Shown here: in pieces, positions 57,026 through 64,000 of the stretch | How the letters are laid out: each line of letters starts with the position of its first letter | Position numbering within the stretch: position 1 is the stretch's first letter | From: Octopus vulgaris | Lineage: Eukaryota | DNA: 64,000 nt | Assembly (NCBI GenBank): GCA_951406725.2 | Contig: OX597814.1 | Coordinates: 91,264,001 to 91,328,000, forward strand | Direction: 5' to 3' | The notes under the pieces: generated by a model | The model's input: only the letters and a program-made list of their open reading frames with translations | Told to the model about the DNA's origin: nothing | The model's database searches: none | Translations under genes and position numbers: made by a program

Positions 57026-57207
57026 TTTGGCACAAGGCCAGCAATTTCAGGGGAGGGTATAATTCGATTCCATGGATCCCTAGTTCCTAATTTGTACTTA
57101 TTTCATCACTCCGAAAGAATAAAAGGCAAAGTCGACCTCGGTGGAATTTCAGCTCAGAACATAAAGACGGACGAAATATCTATAAGCAGCTTGCCCGGCG
57201 TGCTAAC
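57026..57207 (-). mobile_element. SINE family B
   Basis: Reverse complement of GTTAGCACGCCGGGC..TTCTGAGCTGAAATTCCACCGAGGTCGACTTTGCCTTT; matches the 42671 head. Confidence 0.75.
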
Positions 57208-57710
57208 CTAAATAGTAATAATGATAAACCTAACGATGATATTGACGTCTATGTTAATGATGACGGTGGTCGTGATAGTGGTGGTGGTGATGGTGGTGAT
57301 AATGATGATGATGATGATGATGATGGGTGTGATCCCTTACAGAATAAAAGCAATACACCATTGTTTTAGAACTTTATCTGTATTTGTCAACAATCGTTGG
57401 TGAATTAGGCGCAGTAAAATGAATGCAAGTAATTCAATAAAAACATATGGCCTGAGAAAAGATAGCAAGAAAATTGGTTTGAGTAAGTAGTTAACTGAAT
57501 CTTCATCAATAAAATATTTCCAGCAACATATGTTTACTCGACTCACACTTCAGGAAGGCAATAACTGTTTTCATTTATTTCCAATCGAATGTGAGTTTGA
57601 AACGTTGAAGAATCAGCACGTAGATAATGTAACACAAGCGTAGAAATGTATGCAAATACAGACAGGCATATAGACACACGTCCATATAAACGCACACACA
57701 TACACACGCA

Positions 57711-57770
<60 letters not shown>

Positions 57771-57774
57771 TATG

Positions 57775-57968
57775 AGTCGCCTTGATAGATCGTTAGCTAC
57801 AACACAGATTTTTATTCTCTCCTTGTTTTTTCTGTGTTCCTTTGTGTAGAAGAGCGTAGGCTCGAAACGTAAAAGACTTTTTCTATTCCTAAGTGTTATA
57901 CTAATACATCTGTTTGTTTTGTACACCACCTGTCTTCGTCATTTGTTTTTTTCGTAAACTCTCCCTAT
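57775..57968 (+). mobile_element. short PLE terminal module with minimal hammerhead-like motif (57840-57875)
   Basis: CTTT-GTGTAGA(core decayed)-A-GAGC-GTAG-GCTC-GAAA-CG-TA-AAAG; flanked by (TA)n. Confidence 0.65.
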
Positions 57969-58137
57969 ATATATATGTGTGTGTGTGTGCGTGTGTGTGT
58001 GTGTGAATGTATTCATAAACAATGTATGGCTGTTTAGTTCACAGGTGATCTAAACGATTAGGTACGCTAGGTAAGTGGCGTAACGGATTACTAGGGCTCC
58101 AAGTTTATGGAGCCACTGCAGATTTCCGATGCAGCGG

Positions 58138-58198
<61 letters not shown>

Positions 58199-58201
<3 letters not shown>

Positions 58202-58575
58202 TTTTCAGTCATTTCACTGCGGCCGTTCTGGAGTACCACCTGTAGTCGAACGAATCGACCCCAGGACTTATAATTTATAAGCCTAGTACTTATTCTATTG
58301 GCCTCTTTTGCTGAATCGCCAAGTTACGGGGACGTAAACACACTAACATCAGTTGTCAAGCGATGGTAGGTGTACAAACAGACACACAGACATACATACA
58401 CACACACACACATATACATATATATATATATATATATGTACGATGGGCTTCTTTCAGTTTCCTTCTACCAAATTCACTCATAAGGCTTTGGTCGGCCTGA
58501 GGCTTTAGCAGAAGAGACTTGCCCAAGTTGCTACGCAGTGAGACTGAATCCAGAAGGATCATAGGGGGCAAGCTA
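58199..58575 (-). mobile_element. SINE family A, head truncated
   Basis: Homologous to 42924-43300. Confidence 0.85.
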
Positions 58576-58589
58576 AGTCCGATCGATCC

Positions 58590-59170
58590 CTCAGAATTCT
58601 ACTAGTATGACGTTATGTTCAAACCGCCTTCGTTTGGGAAGAGGTCTGCAACCTAGCCGGAACAGAGCCACCGATTTCTTTTATTACGATTACGAAAATA
58701 GGTACATTTTTTCTCCCCGGTTACAATTCGACCCTACAAACGAGCTTTTTGGTGGATGAGCCAATATTTGTTTTCAAATGTTCACCTGTTGTTGAGTCTG
58801 GTCAATGATCAATTCATGGGGAGCTTCTCAAAAGCTTCAGTTTTCAAGTCCGAGCTTAAGGAGGTGTTATTTAATGGTGATATTGAAGGATCAAATTCTG
58901 CCGCGAATTTTACGAGTGTCGAGCTGTTGTTCATCCATTCCGAACAAGGCCTCATCTAGAACAAAAGATCTGCCTGATCTTTGTTCTTTTCGAGGTTTGT
59001 GTCACTCTCCATGGAACATCTGAATCAGTTTTGTGCCACACGTTTCCTGACAGAACCTGGAACTCTCACATCATTATTTTTTTTTGCTGCTGCCCTTGTA
59101 CTGTCTCTTTTTCCACCACAGTTAGCGTAAAGTGGCTATAATTTCAACCTTTTCACCGTTCAGTACCAAA
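58590..59170 (-). mobile_element. mariner transposase 5' half, decayed
   Basis: RAAAKKIND..VAQN*FR..DTNLE..RSGRS..PHEL..GRIVTGEK..RFEH, a mariner-like motif order. Confidence 0.7.
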
Positions 59171-59185
59171 GATGTAAAATAAAGA

Positions 59186-59340
59186 ATGGTTCGGGTATTG
59201 CACTCGTGATCGTAAAACTGATTTTTGCGATTCCTGGACCAGGAAATGCGTAGCGTTCTTAGGCAAAGCACTTTGTTCCACGATGCTCTAGTCCATATAG
59301 CTGACAAAGATGATTAATCCTCCGACAGAACATTGTGGCA
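59186..59340 (+). mobile_element. SINE family C, degenerate
   Basis: CGATTCCTGGACC..GTTCTTAGGCAAAGCACTTTGTTCCACGATGCTCTAGTCC. Confidence 0.5.
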
Positions 59341-59388
59341 TCCAAGGAAGGAGGAATATATAACCCACAAACTCCTTGAAACTGGCTT

Positions 59389-59447
<59 letters not shown>

Positions 59448-59529
59448 TAAAAAATTTGAAAAAAACACCTTTTATCAATTCAAAATAAACAATTAAATTA
59501 CACCATCTATATTATATATTATATTTATG

Positions 59530-59575
<46 letters not shown>

Positions 59576-59655
59576 GTGAAATTTGATTTAGTATTCCTTA
59601 AATTGATTTTTTTTCCTTGTAAGTTTTGGATTTTATTCCCTCAAATATTAATAAA

Positions 59656-59754
<99 letters not shown>

Positions 59755-61175
59755 TATATATATATACATACATACATTTGTATGTGTGTATGTATGTATG
59801 TGTATATGTGTGTATGTATGTGAGTGCGTATTCATGTGTGTTTACGTCTGTGTGTGTGTGTGTGTGTGTGTATTGCATTAAAGGTTCTGCTTCAATATGT
59901 TACATTATGAGATATATTAAATGATGTCTGTTTGAAAGCGTCAAATACAATGTTCCTTCTAAATGTGTAGAACTAGCGATAAATTCTTCAATGTCAGTGA
60001 ACAAAGCAGTCCCATTTGTACGTTTTGCTTTTATGCTTAGGAAAACCTCCTCAAAAATGAAAATCTTTGTCTTTTGCAGAGATATAAAATTCGAAAGACA
60101 ACATTATTGCATGGCTTGTCCTTAGTGGAACATGTAAATATGACCACTGTATATTCCAAAGCCATCTATTATCGCTATATGATACGTATTAAAACTGTTA
60201 AGTTACATATATTTACAAGAATGTTAGAGTATGTCGCACACTCATGAGATATAGATATATGAAACGGTAGACATTTGTTATCGAACTATGATTTTGTACT
60301 TACACCAATGTACAGGTGAGGGAACAGTGATCTTTAGGCCGATAGGTTGGCTTTTGCATGTGTATATACTTAGACAGTGAAAGGTAGAGAGAGAGAGAAA
60401 AGACAGACAGATAGAGAGCAATAAGTTATTTTGAAGATGTGAGAAAAGTGGGTCCGTAAATAGATAAATGTACAGGATCATAATACAGTGACATATGTCT
60501 GTTGTGTTAGATATGGTGAATAGAATAATGGAATTACATAGCCAAGTTATAGTGATGGAGATAAATAACATTAAAAAATAGCTTTGCACTTTGAATCTTG
60601 TTGCTCGATAAGCCATTAAATTGAAACTGTGAGGGGTTTCGGAAATAGTCTACATAATTAGAGATTTTTGTATGTTCATTTTCTCATCGAAAACTCAGAT
60701 ATGTCAAGAATAGGGGGTTTTGGACACGTTTTACTCTTAACTTATCTCAACAGGTTTCAATAGTATTTAGAGATAGAACTGAAAGTTACGTATACGAACA
60801 CGTCTACAAATAGGTCTGTGTAAACAATGCTACCTAACATAGAAAAATATGTATATTTCAGCAGTTATTGCAATTTCTTCAGCACCTCATCCAACTCATT
60901 AACCATTTATGAACACATTGCTTAGAACGCTACCAATTAGAGCGATGTAAGGTCATTGAATATACCAATTAACATATTAAACACATTCCTGGCAACTGAT
61001 ACGTACATATTAATTGCTGGTAGGAAGGAGGTATTTCCTTTTCTAACCATAATATACTACCAAGTACTGGCTCTAAGTTCTATAGAAAATCTGTAAACAT
61101 AAAGGAAAAGTGATTGATTCACACTGCTATCACGAAAGTAGGATATACAGTTGAATTTATAAACTTTTAATATAT

Positions 61176-61270
61176 TTGATCGGCCCGGGGCTATCGTAGA
61201 CGACATTTGCCCAAGGCGCCACACATTTGGTCTGAATCTGGAAGCATATGGTTGGGAAGCAACGTTATTT
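61176..61270 (-). mobile_element. SINE family A head fragment
   Basis: TCGGCCCGGGGCTATCGTAGACGACATTTGCCCAAGGCGCCAC. Confidence 0.65.
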
Positions 61271-61524
61271 TCATAATGATGTTCTCATTACTGTTACTAA
61301 AATACATGGAAAAATTCACTTAAGCAACCAACAAACAAGACACAAGCCCACTCCCTATATGTAAACGCTTAACCACTGGCATACACATTCAGACACATGC
61401 ACGCATGCACACACACACACATAGATGCACACACAGACACACACACACAGACACACACACACGCAGACACACACACACGAACTGACACACACACACGCAC
61501 ACACACACACACATACATTTAATA

Positions 61525-61960
61525 ACCTAAAATATATTTGATAGAATCTACTTTCTACAGCTGGATAGAATGATAACAAACAAAACAATGAATAAAGCAA
61601 AACTGAATTCATGAATTGTCATTGACTTCAACCGTTTCAGAAAAGGACTTCTTTTTACAGCTGGGTAACATGACAACTAACCATAATACATTACAAGTTC
61701 AACCATTCAGAATAACACACCATTCTCCCTTTCTTTCATTTTCTTTCTTCTCATCTTTCTATTCTCAAATATACACACAACACATATATGCACACATAAC
61801 AAAGAACAATTCAACTCCAGCATTTTAGACTAACATACATATAAAAGGCATAAATTTTCTGCAAAAATATAATTCATGATGAAGATCTGAAACGAGATGA
61901 AAACGCTAAATAAATAATTATTCAAACTTCTGACTAACTCCTTTTCTCCCCCACCTGTAT
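61525..61960 (+). mobile_element. probable PLE 3' end with decayed hammerhead (61872-61911)
   Basis: KIYLIESTF/QLDRMITNKTMN, similar to a GIY-YIG end, then ATTC-ATGATGA-A-GATCT-GAAACG-AGATG-AAAA-CG-CT-AAAT. Confidence 0.45.
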
Positions 61961-61972
61961 GTCCCTCTCTCG

Positions 61973-62003
<31 letters not shown>

Positions 62004-62036
62004 CTTATATATATATATATTTATATGTATGTATAT

Positions 62037-62150
<114 letters not shown>

Positions 62151-63185
62151 CTATACATATATATTATTCGAAAGAAGGTATCAGGTGAGTTTAATCAATA
62201 TATGTATGTATACGTATATATGTGTGTAAACGTGCGTGTGTTTGTGCTTGTGTCTGTGCGTACGCCTCTGTTCGTGTGTGTATGTGTGTATGAGTGACCA
62301 GTTTTTTTTTTTAAACCATGTTCATATTTGCTCATATTCGTATCGTGAGTAATGTTCTCTATATTGAAACTTAATTTACAACGAACACAAGAACACAACC
62401 GAAATGTTAAAAGCTTTGCCGCCTATTGCACAATTTAAAGGCTGTTTTCTTTTGCTTCCATTCTAGATAAATACTTTTCTAGAAGAAATTCGATTTATCC
62501 CAAATCGATAATGCTTTTGTTTCCCATACGTATTTCATGTTTGCTTTCAAACCGGTTTTCTTTGTTGTTATTTATTTCATATCATTAATTAATATTTGTG
62601 TTTTAGCTGTATTTGTGAAGTAAATAATAACGTGTTGAATGGAGTTTTATAAGAATAAGTTAATGTTTACTAGAATTTTCATTTTATTTTCATAACTCCA
62701 AAAATAATACTATCACATTCGTCTATACTTTTTCGCGTGTTTCTTGACTAAATATAATTTGAAATATTTTCTTTCAATTCAAATGAAGTTTAGTAATAAC
62801 ATATTCTGCACCGTATTATATTGAATGGAAAGAATAAAAACAAGTGAATTGGAGATTTTCTTACATGCGCTTCACAAACATTTTTAATCATATTCACGTA
62901 TTATATGCAACAAAAGATTAAAAATTATTTATGTATACACACACAAATAGTGAGGTTGATATAGTTATACATACACAGACACATGAATAATATATATGTG
63001 TGTGTATAATTGCGCATATATATACATGTGAGCATCTATATGTACCCATGTACAGACACGTACGTGCATCTATGCGTACACATGTACAGACACGTATATA
63101 TATACAAGTATATATGTGTGTGTGCATACATATATATGTATAAATGTTTATATATATGCATATACAGATTATATATATGAATATA

Positions 63186-63250
<65 letters not shown>

Positions 63251-64000
63251 TATATCATACATTTAAAGTTAGTTTGAATCTTGTCTGCTTGCTTGCAATG
63301 TTACCCAGCCAAACTGGCGCATAATGGGAAAATACTAATAATTACGTTTACCCTGAAATGTTAATACAAGTTTCGCGTAAATTGGACAAGTAGTTTTGAA
63401 CATAGAAGCTTTCGGGTGTAAATACCCAAAACGGTGCATAATGGGAAAATATTCCAAAAATAGTCTTCATTTTGAAAGGGAATATACTCTTCTCTTTCTA
63501 TTAGACACAATGACTTGACAACGAATAAATAAGTTGTTGTTTTTGTACAGTAGATGTTTCTATTTTCCCTTTTGTTAAGTACAATTTACTAATCACTTTT
63601 TAAGTGAATGTGATTTCAAAAACGTAAGCTGTTTGTAGAGTAAATATTTATATTTTAACTTTCTTTAAACAGATGATGTTTTAATGTTCTTTTAAATTAT
63701 TTTCAAGTGAATAACATTGCAAAATTTGTTTTTGGTATATTTATAATATATTTTAAATTGAAAATGGCTTCGGCTGCTTTTTCTAGCATGTCGTGCTACC
63801 ACGTAACAGCTGTTTGCGATAAAGGACCGGAAATACCTGTCACGTGCTAGCAGGACGTGTAAGGAATTAGTAACCAAATCTTTCATTTTCTGGGGAAAGG
63901 AGCCGTTTACGCATGATTTCGATGTCACATTCTTTGAAAACATGCGAAATAACCTGGATAAGAAAAAAAACACGAAACAAAACTCCATTGCTGGGAAACT

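Noticed and set aside
63692-64000. Open frames on both strands at the window end
   Set aside because: No recognisable protein motif, and truncated by the window.

Overview
AT-rich, microsatellite-saturated animal DNA, intergenic or intronic. The SINE families look like those of octopus/cephalopods (inferred from recall, not searched). No host protein-coding gene is convincingly supported, and almost all ORF-track entries are microsatellite artefacts. The window is mostly decayed mobile elements: Tc1/mariner-superfamily remnants (one near-full mariner at 46328-47607), a mariner-derived MITE, two non-autonomous Helitrons, a Helentron-like HINE, Penelope-like elements (PLEs; RT + GIY-YIG), RTE LINEs ending in tandem C2H2 zinc fingers, R4/Dong LINE pieces, an L1/Tx1-like ORF1 and about 17 tRNA-derived SINE copies from 3-4 families. 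The most interesting signal is at the RNA level. An apparently intact type I hammerhead ribozyme (HHR) at 41223-41281 is nested in a longer predicted fold-back and is not attached to any recognisable PLE, making it a retrozyme-like candidate. About seven more intact-to-decayed minimal hammerheads mark short PLE terminal modules, and several fold-back palindromes sit in or beside (TA)n tracts.
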